Origin: Phallusia mammillata
Lineage: Eukaryota
Length of the DNA: 64,000 nt
NCBI GenBank assembly: GCA_965637545.1
Contig: OZ281501.1
Coordinates: 16,740,001 to 16,804,000 of the forward strand
Direction: 5' to 3'
Below the pieces are notes generated by a model. The model did not search any database and had not been told where the DNA came from. It worked only from the letters and a program-made list of their open reading frames with translations. Position numbers and translations under genes: made by a program. Positions 63,031 to 64,000 of this stretch are shown here, one piece after another (positions within the stretch are counted from its first letter, which is position 1; the number at the start of each line of letters is the position of its first letter).

Positions 63031-64000
63031 TAAGTTTGTTTAGGAGGGGTAAATGTACACCCTTTAAATGGGGCTTCGTTTGGAGCTAATGATTCCTCTC
63101 TTCCAATAAAACAAAAAAATTGTAAGAAACTACTTTATTGTTTTTCACGCTTTTTAATTTATTCGCTACTGCTATGGACAAGAATTAAGTTTAACAAGCC
63201 TCGTATAATGCCACAAAGAGTTTTGTACACTTGTTTATGACATACGATAAAATCCAATCGTACGAAATTTATTGTCTCCCACCACAAAATGAGTTTCTCC
63301 CTTTGCCTAACAAAGACCCAAAGTAATACCAAATTCATTACTGCAATAAGATCAACGTTTTTGTTTGATCAAACTTAACTATTCGGGGGGTAATTTGTCT
63401 TAAACGTAAATTGTAAAACTTTCGAATCAAAGTCTTCATTGTTCTGAAGCTGCGGGCCGATGCTTTTCACTTTCCAAAATAAGTTTGCTTTTGATCAGTC
63501 TTGTCAATATATCGTTGCTCGATTAGTCATACACAGTCAATATTTTTGATCTCCTGCACTCAAGTCACGTCCGCAATTTTCCAGACTTTGTTTGCTGATC
63601 AAAGTTGACCTGATTTTCGATGCTAACCAAGCTACTTGAGACGGGAAGTTTCGGTCGACCCAAAAACGTGACATGCGACCGTGATGTCAAACTTGGCATT
63701 TTCAAGTACAAGCTCAAGGCCTTGAAGGCAGGACAATTTATTATGGCAAGGTCGGTTTATGTAAATTTTTGTTTAATTGCAAAGGGCACTGCAATCGCAC
63801 CTGCTAAAACTTCTGCAACATTTACAAGTGCTTAATTGCGCTCGACTTCAGAGTAAGGGGTGGCGATAACGGTAATATGAAAAGTTTTGTTAAGTAGGAA
63901 ATATATACGTGGCATATAAAAAAGAAATATTTAGAAAGCTTTTGAATTGAATTTCAAGCAAGTTTTGTGCAGCCCACCGTTTAAAATTTTGCAAACATTT

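Noticed and set aside
1-64000. CRISPR arrays, rRNA, tRNA genes and prokaryotic operons
   Set aside because: None seen. The window is spliceosomal-intron eukaryotic DNA, and the GGTTCGAA motifs occur without a tRNA cloverleaf.

Overview
AT-rich, intron-dense animal genomic DNA; an invertebrate chordate such as an ascidian is my inference from composition, short introns and gene content, not something the sequence proves. Two tandem paralogous von Willebrand factor (vWF)/gel-forming-mucin-like genes on the minus strand fill most of the window. I reconstructed both by hand with consistent splice phases. Gene A has ATG at 20483, 38 exons and about 2,040 codons in the window, and runs off the left edge. 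Its order is signal peptide-TSP1-TSP1-CUB-EGF-D1-D2-D'-D3-degenerate CysD, followed by a recently duplicated Cys-rich exon cassette. Gene B has 54 exons and about 4,150 codons in the window, its 5' end was not found, and it stops at 25071. Its order is (D1)-D2-D'-D3-CysD(WxxW)-Cys-rich linker-D4(GDPH)-about 2,100 aa of VWC-like Cys-rich repeats-cystine knot. No PTS mucin domain and no VWA domain were seen in either gene. Introns and the intergenic gap hold hAT- and pogo-type MITEs (one nested pair) and several small elements with Penelope-type minimal hammerhead ribozyme motifs. Two of these are near-perfect fold-back hairpins, one flanked by a 13-14 bp target-site duplication.
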